From Myxococcota bacterium (GTDB lineage Bacteria > Myxococcota_A > UBA796 > UBA2385), in assembly GCA_044344255.1 (NCBI GenBank), contig JBIJDH010000009.1, positions 128,001 through 192,000 on the forward strand: DNA of 64,000 nucleotides, read 5' to 3'. The notes under the pieces were generated by a model, which was given only the letters and a program-made list of their open reading frames with translations, was not told the origin of the DNA and ran no database searches. Positions 30,011 through 38,532 of this stretch are shown piece by piece. A program made the translations under genes and the position numbers. Each line of letters begins with the position of its first letter. Positions within the stretch are counted from its first letter, which is position 1.

Positions 30011-31105
30011 ATGTTGACACCCACCGCAGCGCTGGCCGAAGCCGGTCCCATGGAACAGATGGACGCGCACTCGAAGCGCGTGACCGAGCTACGGGCCCTC
30101 GGCCCAAGTGTGCTGTTGGCGCGATGGCAGGGTCATGTCGGCTCGGAGCTGGCCGCGGCCAACGAGGCGAACCAGGCGCGCGCTCAGCTCGGGTGGTTCT
30201 TTGACCAGCTCCCGCTCTTGCACGGCGCCCCTCCGGAGGGGGTGAGACCAGCCCCCGTAAACGGCGAGGTCACGCGGCGGATGCTCAACCGCGCGGTGAA
30301 CGACGGCTACTTCATGTTCGTCCAAAAGGGGCGTCGGAAAGCCGACTTGGATCTTCGGTGGTGGTCTGTACTTTGGTGCGCACTCACCTCGCTCTCCGGC
30401 TTGGTCGCGCCGGACAAGCGCCCGCTTACAGATGAAGCCACCCGAGACGTCATACAAGACAGCATCGTCGAACTCATTGGGCAGATAGTCCAGATACAAA
30501 ACCAAGAAATGACAAACACATACGACGACGATAGTTCCGCGCATCGAAAAGGCGCGCGTTCGCCGTCCGGCGTATCGGAGGTCGACTCTGCGAACGAAGA
30601 CCTCGACCAGGACGAACTGAACCGGGTCGTCGAGCTCGTCAAGCGGGACTGGCTATCGAAGAAACGCTCGCCCGTCGAGCAGACGCTGGGAGAGCTCTTG
30701 ATCTCCGAGAGCCTTCGAATTGTGCGAAGAGCCGACAGCCGGCGACGATTTCTGGCCCAGCTAGAAGAGGAGATTAACGAGCTTCGCCCGAACCAGGGCG
30801 TCGATGATGAGCCCACGGGCGACGAAGACGCAGAGGCTTCGGACGCCTTCGTGTCCACATTCACACCAAGAGCGAAGGGAACAGAGCGCGAAGGCACCCT
30901 CAACGCGGCTCCATTCGCCGATCTATTGGATCGGCTCGGATCGGTGGCGTCGAACGCCGAGGGGGTCGGACTGGTCACTCGATATCACACGGGAGTCATG
31001 CTTCGTTACATGGCCTGGTACATTCGTGATGTCTATAGGCCCAGCGGGAACATTCATTTAAGCGAAATCAACATCCTGCTGAACAAGCTCCAGGCCGCCA
31101 CGTGA
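30011..31105 (+). CDS. Hypothetical protein with atypical low-GC codon usage
   Basis: AGAGGAGG RBS before ATG; 364-codon ORF; many A/T-ending codons; no recognised family. Confidence 0.7.
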   Translation: MLTPTAALAEAGPMEQMDAHSKRVTELRALGPSVLLARWQGHVGSELAAANEANQARAQLGWFFDQLPLLHGAPPEGVRPAPVNGEVTRRMLNRAVNDGYFMFVQKGRRKADLDLRWWSVLWCALTSLSGLVAPDKRPLTDEATRDVIQDSIVELIGQIVQIQNQEMTNTYDDDSSAHRKGARSPSGVSEVDSANEDLDQDELNRVVELVKRDWLSKKRSPVEQTLGELLISESLRIVRRADSRRRFLAQLEEEINELRPNQGVDDEPTGDEDAEASDAFVSTFTPRAKGTEREGTLNAAPFADLLDRLGSVASNAEGVGLVTRYHTGVMLRYMAWYIRDVYRPSGNIHLSEINILLNKLQAAT

Positions 31106-31202
31106 GCCGATTGCCCAAGCGCACACGGCTGTACCGACAGGAAAATGGCCCCCCCCGGACAGGCCGACCCAGAGGCTGCATCGTGACTCCGCGTCTGGTC
31201 TA

Positions 31203-34100
31203 ATGCCGAGCGGAGGTCGCTCCGTGCTCGGAACCATCACGCTGCTCCGCTCGATGCCGGGAGGGTCCTTCGAGCACTTGCTGAGGGCGGTCGCAGACTC
31301 GGATCGTACACCCGCCCTGGATCTCGGCGAGCAATTTCGAGCACAGGCGGTCCCCTTCGGGGAGGCTGATCTCTGTTGCCTGCACCTGTCCCCGCGACAT
31401 CGCGTACCCTTCGACCTCCTCGACGCATCCACCGCCATGTCCCGGCGTGTGAGCGGTGTGGTCTCACCGTCCAGGGACGACCTCAGCGCGTGGTCCGGCA
31501 CGAAGCGGCTCGACAAGCGAGTGATCGCCCTCGGGGGCTGCTCCGCAGAGGCGGTGGCCGAGCTCCGTCTCCACGTCGACCGGCGAGCGTTCATGGGGGT
31601 CGTCTTCTTGGAGATGAACCACCAAGCCGCCCTGCTCGCCCATCCCAGCGGGTCGACGCTGCTCGGACCCGCGCGACGCACGATCGGCGCGATCGTCGGC
31701 TCCGGTAGCCCGTTCTTTCAGGCCTTCGAGAGAGGCAGGAGGAGACTCAAGCCCGAGGTGCTCCAGGCAGACTCGCCGACCATCCTCCCCCTGGTCGGCC
31801 TGGACCGTGTGCCCGTGGTGCTGGTGGTGTGGTCCGATCGACTGGAGGACACCGCGCTCGTCGCGCACTGCGCTCGATTGGTCCGTCTGGGGGAGACCGG
31901 GAGCTTCTCCGCGGCGGGAGCCGCGCGGGTGCTGCGGGAGAAGAGGGGCAACACCGCCAGCGCCTGGGCGAAGGCCTGGGCTGAGTCACCGGCGGTGGCG
32001 GAGACCGTCACGATCGTCGGTCCGGCGCTCCACCGTGTCCCCCCACAGGAGGCGGCGGCGGCCGAGCGGTCGCCCCCCGCGGACGCGGCGACCCGTGATG
32101 GGGCGGCGATCACCTTGCCGGAGCCATGGTCCTTCACACCCGGAGGCGGTCCCGATCAGGTCGCCATCGCGCAGGGCGGGCTTCGGGTGGACCTGCGCCT
32201 GTCCGCGCTGGTGGGGTGGGACGACCTTCGTCGGTGTGTCAAGCACCTCCAGCTCAAGATAGGACCGACGGACGACGCGTTCCACCTCGGCGAGATCGAC
32301 GCCACCCTCCACACCGCCCCCGGGCCGTTGACCCTCCGCGGCGTCCACGAGATCATGGTGACCCTACGCGGGCTCACCCCTGCCTCGGGCCCGGCCTTAC
32401 ACACGGGGATCCTCTCCACGACGGTCCCCTGGGTGACGCTCGAACACAGCTCCCCGCTCGCCCGCCAGGAGATCCACCTCCTCGGCTTCGCGCTCGACCG
32501 GCGCCTCCAAGCAGCGGGCCAGCACCACCTCGCCAGCGGCCGTGCGGGGGCCTGGATGGCCCGATGGCGCGCCGCGAGCCTCCGTCTGGGTCTCAGCCGG
32601 CCCCTGACCACGGCCGGAGCCCACCTGCTCTCCCGCGTGATCCACCTGCTGCGGGACGACATCCCCACCTTCGCGGCGCTGGTCGGGGTCGTCGACCACC
32701 TGCTGCGGTACGCGGAGGGCGCGCCTCCCCCTCATGTCGTCGAGACGGACCACAGAGACCGGCCCCCGGATCCCCGCGAACAGCTCATCCACCTCCTCGA
32801 CACGCTCGACGACTTTCTGTCGCTCCGCGAGCAGCGGGGCACACCGGTGCGCCGCGCGCCGAGCCCCTCCTCCCGCTTTGAGAGCCTGATCGGCTTCGAT
32901 GTTTCCCGGATGGCCCTCGCGGCCGTGGTCTCGGCGGAGGCGCGCCGGCTCGGCGGGCTCACGGTGCTGATGGTGGAGGACCTTCAGGAGTTCCTCCGGG
33001 CCACACATCGCCCGAGCGGCGTCATCGAGCTCGCGGTGCCGAGGGGCTCCTACTTCCAGCCAGAGACATGGATGATCGGACACGAGCTGGCGCACGGACG
33101 CTTCCGCTCGCTGGAATACGCGAGCCTCGCCACCGATGACCGTGTGAAGACGAGCTGGGACGCCCTTTGGTCCGTTTACTCGATGCACGCACCCAAGCAG
33201 CGGCGCAAACAGCCGAGTGTCCTGCATGACCTCTTCGCGACGCTGCACCATTGCGCAACCTCCCTCGCCGCCGAGGCGGGCGACCAACAGGTGAAGCTGA
33301 TGAACGCGCTGACGACCTGCTTCGTGGAGGTGGCCGCGGACCTCGTGGGGCTCCATCAGTTCCGCATCCTCAATGAGCGGAATCGGCCAGCTTCAGCCGA
33401 AGCGCAGCGGCGCTTCTGGTGGGCGACCGGCACGCTCATGGTGCGCGAGGTCCGTGCGCAGCCGCGGGCAACCCAAGGGCCCGATCCGCTGCTGCTGCAG
33501 ACCATCCTCCGCGTCTACCTGGTGTCCATCGTACTCCGCGGCAACTCGCGCACCTTCCTCCAGCAGCGGGGCGCATGGATCACGGAGCTGTGGAGCTTCC
33601 TCGACCCCTCCAGCAGCCCGAAGCCTTCGGATCCGATCCGTCGGCGCCTCGGCTGGCTCTGCCGAGACCTCGGCTCCGACCGACCCGACGTCGCCCAGGC
33701 GCTGAGCCAGGTCCTGCTCTTCATTCAGAAGAGCGCGAGCATCACCCTGGACGCCATCACCCTCGACAAAGGGAAGGGGAGCCATGACCTGATCCGCGAG
33801 GCCCTCCGGCTCTGCGTGGCCCTCTTCGAGCGCGCCGAGTGGACGCAGATCGATCGAGAGGACGACTCCATCCGTCGCGAGCTCGCGAACCACCTGCAGC
33901 GACAGATCTCCCGGGCCGAGCCCGACCGCCCTTGGGCATCGCCGACAGACTCCTCTCCAAGCGCCGACCAGACGCCCATCCTCAATCGGGCGACGATCAA
34001 CACCCTGCTGGGCCTCGCGCACCAGACCCGCATCCACAACATCGAAGTGGTGCGCCGGTTCATCGCCGAGGTGCCGACCGCCGCAGAGGGCGCCCCCTGA
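31203..34100 (+). CDS. Large hypothetical protein with HExxH zincin-like motif
   Basis: 965-codon ORF; WMIGHELAHGRF and downstream FVEVAADL; N-terminal beta-alpha-beta repeats. Confidence 0.7.
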   Translation: MPSGGRSVLGTITLLRSMPGGSFEHLLRAVADSDRTPALDLGEQFRAQAVPFGEADLCCLHLSPRHRVPFDLLDASTAMSRRVSGVVSPSRDDLSAWSGTKRLDKRVIALGGCSAEAVAELRLHVDRRAFMGVVFLEMNHQAALLAHPSGSTLLGPARRTIGAIVGSGSPFFQAFERGRRRLKPEVLQADSPTILPLVGLDRVPVVLVVWSDRLEDTALVAHCARLVRLGETGSFSAAGAARVLREKRGNTASAWAKAWAESPAVAETVTIVGPALHRVPPQEAAAAERSPPADAATRDGAAITLPEPWSFTPGGGPDQVAIAQGGLRVDLRLSALVGWDDLRRCVKHLQLKIGPTDDAFHLGEIDATLHTAPGPLTLRGVHEIMVTLRGLTPASGPALHTGILSTTVPWVTLEHSSPLARQEIHLLGFALDRRLQAAGQHHLASGRAGAWMARWRAASLRLGLSRPLTTAGAHLLSRVIHLLRDDIPTFAALVGVVDHLLRYAEGAPPPHVVETDHRDRPPDPREQLIHLLDTLDDFLSLREQRGTPVRRAPSPSSRFESLIGFDVSRMALAAVVSAEARRLGGLTVLMVEDLQEFLRATHRPSGVIELAVPRGSYFQPETWMIGHELAHGRFRSLEYASLATDDRVKTSWDALWSVYSMHAPKQRRKQPSVLHDLFATLHHCATSLAAEAGDQQVKLMNALTTCFVEVAADLVGLHQFRILNERNRPASAEAQRRFWWATGTLMVREVRAQPRATQGPDPLLLQTILRVYLVSIVLRGNSRTFLQQRGAWITELWSFLDPSSSPKPSDPIRRRLGWLCRDLGSDRPDVAQALSQVLLFIQKSASITLDAITLDKGKGSHDLIREALRLCVALFERAEWTQIDREDDSIRRELANHLQRQISRAEPDRPWASPTDSSPSADQTPILNRATINTLLGLAHQTRIHNIEVVRRFIAEVPTAAEGAP

Positions 34101-34104
34101 GCGC

Positions 34105-36069
34105 TCAGGGCCCGGCCAGCCAGTCGGCGAGGATCTGCTGCCCTTCTACCTCTCGCCAGAGGCAGGAGTGGGGATCGTAGTCCGTCGCGGTTGGTACACA
34201 GTCTTCCACGGTGACGTCCGGTAGGGCCAGCGAGAGCGCGTCGGTGGTGAAGTTCGGGACCTGGTGATCGCCCACCCCCTTCAAGATCCGCGCCGGCAGG
34301 AGCTCGTCGCGGGCGACGGCCATCGGATCGGAGGGGTCCATCGTCCACTGGAAGAGCGTGATCACCGGATGCAGGCGGTCGATGTTGCCCCAGGCCGCCT
34401 CGGGGAGGCCGAGGGCGGCCCCCAGCGCCGCCTGGGTGGTGACCTCCGCGGGCTCCTCGGCGCCGAAGAGCGCGAACAGCGCGGCGATGACGGCCGGATC
34501 GATGTCTCCGAGGAGGCCGGTGTCGAGGAAGTAGTGCGCGAAGACACCACCGGTCCCGGAGAGGAAGGCGGCCTCGTACCGCTCCGGCTCGGCGGAGAGG
34601 CCGAGGTTGGCGGTGACGGAGCCCATCGAGTGCCCCGCCCGGCGCAGGCGGTTGATGTCGACCGCGCCGGCCGGGAGGTAACTGTTCAACTCACCGTCCA
34701 CGACGAAGCGGAGGAGCTGGTGCCCCTCGATCGCCGTCTCCCGCTGATTGTCGCGAAAGGCGGGGAGGTTGACGATGTTGTAGAAGCCGAGCGAGTCGCC
34801 GTAACCTTCATCGATCAGAGGGTATCGACGCCCGTAGAGCGCGGCGTCCCGGCCGATCACCGCGTAGCCCGCCTCGGCGTAGACCTCGGCCACCGCGCGG
34901 CCCTGGTCGAGGCGGCTGCGGCGCTGGATGGGCTCGTAGGCGTGGCCGGCGGTGCCGTGATCCCAGAGGACCACCGGGGCGCCGTCCAGCGGCTCACCGT
35001 CTTCGCCGCGGGGGAGCGAGACGGTGATGCGCATGGTGTCGAGGTCGGGCTCCGCGGTGAGCTGGCCCCCCTCGAAGGCGATCCAGCCAGAGTACCGCGC
35101 ATAGTCGGAGACGTGCTGGAAACCCGGCTTCATGTACGGTTGATCGTCGAGGCCCGAGTAGTTGAAGACCGGGATCTCGGCCTGGTAGACCACCATCGGC
35201 CAGGTGTCATCGAGCTCGACGGTGTGGGTCCCGAGGTCGGGCTCGATGGGGCCGAGATAGGTGACCTCCGTTCGACCGTCCTCAAAGGTCGCCGTACAGA
35301 GGGTGGAGTCCTCACCGGAAGGGGTCGTGCCAACCGTGAACTCGAGGCGGATGACCCGGGTGAAGGTGACATCGCCGAAGCCACCGCGGTCGTCGATGCG
35401 CGCGTCTACGTCTCGAACGAGCTGCTGGAGCTGATCGGTGGCGTCCTGAACGGTGTAGACCGTGGCCACCGCGGCGGCCCCGCTCACATGGGCGAGCGCG
35501 AGCGCGTCCTGCACGCCATCCGGCAGGTGGTAGCCCTCCGGGGAGGCCGCGCCGGCCGAGCCCATCACCACGGCGGCCAAGGTGGCCCCCGAGCGGGGTG
35601 GGTGGCCGAGGGCGGGGGCCATCGCGAGGGTGTAGGGCGCATAGTAGGGGTCGCCCTGTGGATCCACGATGAAGCGGGTGGCGAGCGGGATGAGCTCGCC
35701 GGTGGCCATGTCGATCAGCAGCGCGGCGTCGGTGGGGAGCCCCTCCGTCTCTTCCGGCACGGAGATGAGGCCCTCGAAGCGGAAGTAGGCCGCGGTGTTG
35801 TTGCCGAAGCCCTGGGCCATCATGCCCAGGCGGGTCGCCCAGCCGGCGACGATCGGCGCCGCGATGTCCGTGCCAAAAGCCGGGTAGCCGACGAGGTCGG
35901 GCAGCCCGTCGCTCGTGCGGAGCGCGTCCGAAGGCCAGGGGGTGTCGAAGAAGCTCTCGGGCCGCGCCGGATCGACGATCGCCGGCGTGCCCACCAGGAT
36001 GTCGCCCACGTCACCCTTGTCACTCTTGCAGGCGGAGAGGAGGGCGAGGGTGACGAGGGAGGCGCGCAT
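34105..36069 (-). CDS. Lipoprotein alpha/beta hydrolase (lipase-like)
   Basis: Lipobox LLSAC; PWPSD; DHGTAG, GHSMG nucleophile elbow, GDHQVP, terminal PH. Confidence 0.8.
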   Translation of the reverse strand: MRASLVTLALLSACKSDKGDVGDILVGTPAIVDPARPESFFDTPWPSDALRTSDGLPDLVGYPAFGTDIAAPIVAGWATRLGMMAQGFGNNTAAYFRFEGLISVPEETEGLPTDAALLIDMATGELIPLATRFIVDPQGDPYYAPYTLAMAPALGHPPRSGATLAAVVMGSAGAASPEGYHLPDGVQDALALAHVSGAAAVATVYTVQDATDQLQQLVRDVDARIDDRGGFGDVTFTRVIRLEFTVGTTPSGEDSTLCTATFEDGRTEVTYLGPIEPDLGTHTVELDDTWPMVVYQAEIPVFNYSGLDDQPYMKPGFQHVSDYARYSGWIAFEGGQLTAEPDLDTMRITVSLPRGEDGEPLDGAPVVLWDHGTAGHAYEPIQRRSRLDQGRAVAEVYAEAGYAVIGRDAALYGRRYPLIDEGYGDSLGFYNIVNLPAFRDNQRETAIEGHQLLRFVVDGELNSYLPAGAVDINRLRRAGHSMGSVTANLGLSAEPERYEAAFLSGTGGVFAHYFLDTGLLGDIDPAVIAALFALFGAEEPAEVTTQAALGAALGLPEAAWGNIDRLHPVITLFQWTMDPSDPMAVARDELLPARILKGVGDHQVPNFTTDALSLALPDVTVEDCVPTATDYDPHSCLWREVEGQQILADWLAGP

Positions 36070-36156
36070 GGGGAGCTCGGGGGGGAGGGGATCGAAGGGG
36101 TGCGGGGACGGCGGGGTCGCGCAGAGGCCGATGTCAGCTCCACGGCCGGCGGCAGC

Positions 36157-37026
36157 TCAACGGCCCGTGGCGTAGGCGCCGCCCGGCTCTGGCTCGAAGC
36201 GGCCCTCGGCGAAGCGGAGGCGGCGGACGTCCGAGATGCCCTGACCATCCACTTCGTAGACGTTGAGGTGAGCGGTCCGGTCGCGGGCGGGATCGGGCGC
36301 GTAGCCGGTCGCGCCGGGATCGAGGATGGGGATGTCGCCGCCGCCCGAGGGGAGGGTGGCACGAAAGCCGTGGTGCTCGTGGCCGTGCAGGATGGCGCCG
36401 AGCCGGTCTGTGCTGGCCACCCAGCGCTCGACATCGGCGGCGTTGGACAGGGCGCGGGTCCAGGGGCCGTAGGGCTCTCCGCGTCGCCCGCGTAAGGGGT
36501 AGTGGATGCAGAGGAAGGTGAAGGCCCCCGCCGCCTCGGCGAGCAGGGCTGAGGCGGCCTCCAGCTGCGTGGGCGCGGTGTAGCCGCTCGACAGGGGGTG
36601 CGCGCGGCAGGTCTCGAGGGTGAGGAAGGCCACGTCGCCGAACCGATGGAGGTGCGGCGTGGCCGCGCCCATCCAGGGGTGGAACACCTCGCGCATCCGC
36701 GCCCCGGGGTAGGCCTCGCTCACATAGGTGTCGTGGTTGCCCGAGATCATCACCGTCGGGAAAGCGGACAACACAGGGTCGAGCAGCTGCCGGGCCTCGG
36801 CGAACTCAGCGTCAAGGGCCTGGGCGGTGAGGTCGCCGGTGATGACGACCACATCGGGCCGCTCGGCCACCGTGGTGACCACGGCGGCCTCTTGGACCAC
36901 GCGGGAGAACTTGCTGCGCCGGCAGAGCAGGTAGAGGTTGGCCGTCGAGATGAGCCGCTTGCCCAGGAGGTCAGCCGCGCGAGGGGCCGTCTGCACGTGG
37001 AGGTCGGTGAGGTGAACGATCTTCAT
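36157..37026 (-). CDS. Calcineurin-like metallophosphoesterase
   Basis: HLTDLH, ITGDLT, GNHD, LHGHEH. Confidence 0.9.
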   Translation of the reverse strand: MKIVHLTDLHVQTAPRAADLLGKRLISTANLYLLCRRSKFSRVVQEAAVVTTVAERPDVVVITGDLTAQALDAEFAEARQLLDPVLSAFPTVMISGNHDTYVSEAYPGARMREVFHPWMGAATPHLHRFGDVAFLTLETCRAHPLSSGYTAPTQLEAASALLAEAAGAFTFLCIHYPLRGRRGEPYGPWTRALSNAADVERWVASTDRLGAILHGHEHHGFRATLPSGGGDIPILDPGATGYAPDPARDRTAHLNVYEVDGQGISDVRRLRFAEGRFEPEPGGAYATGR

Positions 37027-37084
37027 GGGTGGACCTTTCGCGTCGGCCTAACCGGCTGGGAGAGGAGCGAGGTTAGGGGGGGGG

Positions 37085-37717
37085 ATGTACCCTGATCCAC
37101 GACGCGTCCTCGAGGAGGCTGCGCAGCAGCGGGCCGCAGTGGAGATCCTCCCTCGTGGCGGCGGCCTCGTCCAGGGTCGCGTGGTGCGCATCGAGCGGGG
37201 CGGCGTGGTCGTGACCGCCCCCACGCGGCGCTTCCTCGGCGGCGAGGACGTGCGGGTCTGGCTGGCCACCGCTCGCCAGTCGTGGACCTTCGAGGCCAGC
37301 GTCATCCGGGCTGGCGTCCCGGTCCCGGACCGCAGCCAGGACGGCATCCTGCTCGGCTTCATCGACCGCTTCGCCGAGGGCGGTCTGGGCGGGCGGAGCG
37401 GTGGGCGGACGATCGAGCTCGTCCCTCCCTCTGGCCAGCCGATCTCCCTCATCTCCGAGCCGGCGCGCGTGGTCCACCTCGCCGTCGACGGGATCACCTT
37501 CACCCTCCCCTCGAGCTCGAAGCTCATCTGGGTGGAGCAGGGCACCGTGGCCATCCGCCTCGGGATCATGAATGAGGCCCCCGTGGTCGTGGCCGGGCGC
37601 ATCCGCACCCTGGCCCCGGAGGAAGGCTACCTCCTGTACGACCTCGTCTTCGAGAAGGTCGAAGATCCCGCGGCCCACCGCGCGCTCATCGAAGGCTTGA
37701 ACAAGACCCTCGAATGA
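37085..37717 (+). CDS. YcgR/PilZ-like two-barrel protein (degenerate motifs)
   Basis: Two beta-rich halves; ARVVHLAVDGITF...VVAGRIR...YDLVF follows a PilZ strand pattern. Confidence 0.5.
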   Translation: MYPDPRRVLEEAAQQRAAVEILPRGGGLVQGRVVRIERGGVVVTAPTRRFLGGEDVRVWLATARQSWTFEASVIRAGVPVPDRSQDGILLGFIDRFAEGGLGGRSGGRTIELVPPSGQPISLISEPARVVHLAVDGITFTLPSSSKLIWVEQGTVAIRLGIMNEAPVVVAGRIRTLAPEEGYLLYDLVFEKVEDPAAHRALIEGLNKTLE

Positions 37718-37735
37718 GCCCAGGCCCCGCTGGCC

Positions 37736-38488
37736 TTAGAGCGTCCCGACCTCGTCGAGCTTCGAGCGGCCGAGCACCCGCTTCTTGTCGCCATCGACGA
37801 TGATCATCTCCTCAAAGGAGCACCCGTTCTGGCCGACGACGAGCCGGGGCTGGAGCGCAAAGAGGCCGCTCATCCGCCGGTGATTGTACCACTCGACCTG
37901 GTTGCGCCGCATCAAGGTGGCAGCGCGGGCCAGCCGGGGCCATGCAAAGGCGACGCGACCCTCGGGGGGCAAGCAGCGGTGCCCCACCGCGGTGGCGTCA
38001 CCCAGCGAGTAGCCGTGGTTGTTCGCCCACGCATGCGCGAAGACGAAGACCTCACCCGTACACTTCCAGCGGTTCGAGAAGCCGCAACAGCCGGTGACGA
38101 GCTCACGGGCCCGAGAGAGGACCTCGGGCTCGGGCCCACCGCCAAAGACGAAGGCCACGCCAAAGTCTCCGAAGGCTTCGGCGTTGCAGGGGGCCAGATC
38201 GAGCTCGACCACCGTCCCCTCGTGGAGCTCCGCCTTTCGGGAGGCCCGCAAGGGGTGCTCGATCGGCGCGTCGAAGCGCACCTCAGGCTCATGGAACCAC
38301 CCGGTGAAGCCAGCGCTCTTCGCTCGGTCGGTGAGGAGACCGACGATGTCGGCCTCACTCATCCCCTCGCGGAGCTGCGCGGCGACCGCGCGCGCGACCC
38401 CGATGGTCATGGATTGGGCGCGCTCGAAGGCCTCGAGGACCTCGGGCGCGACAGAGGGCGTGGCGGGGGTGGCGGCTTCGTCAGACAC
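37736..38488 (-). CDS. M24 (aminopeptidase P/MetAP fold) family protein
   Basis: GTG 38488; LREGMSEADI, VELDLAP, FGDFG, VGH, LQP, SFEEMIIV. Confidence 0.7.
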   Translation of the reverse strand: MSDEAATPATPSVAPEVLEAFERAQSMTIGVARAVAAQLREGMSEADIVGLLTDRAKSAGFTGWFHEPEVRFDAPIEHPLRASRKAELHEGTVVELDLAPCNAEAFGDFGVAFVFGGGPEPEVLSRARELVTGCCGFSNRWKCTGEVFVFAHAWANNHGYSLGDATAVGHRCLPPEGRVAFAWPRLARAATLMRRNQVEWYNHRRMSGLFALQPRLVVGQNGCSFEEMIIVDGDKKRVLGRSKLDEVGTL

Positions 38489-38532
38489 GGCGAGCGTATA
38501 ACTCCAGTCGGTGGGCGCGGCCCGCGGCCGCG

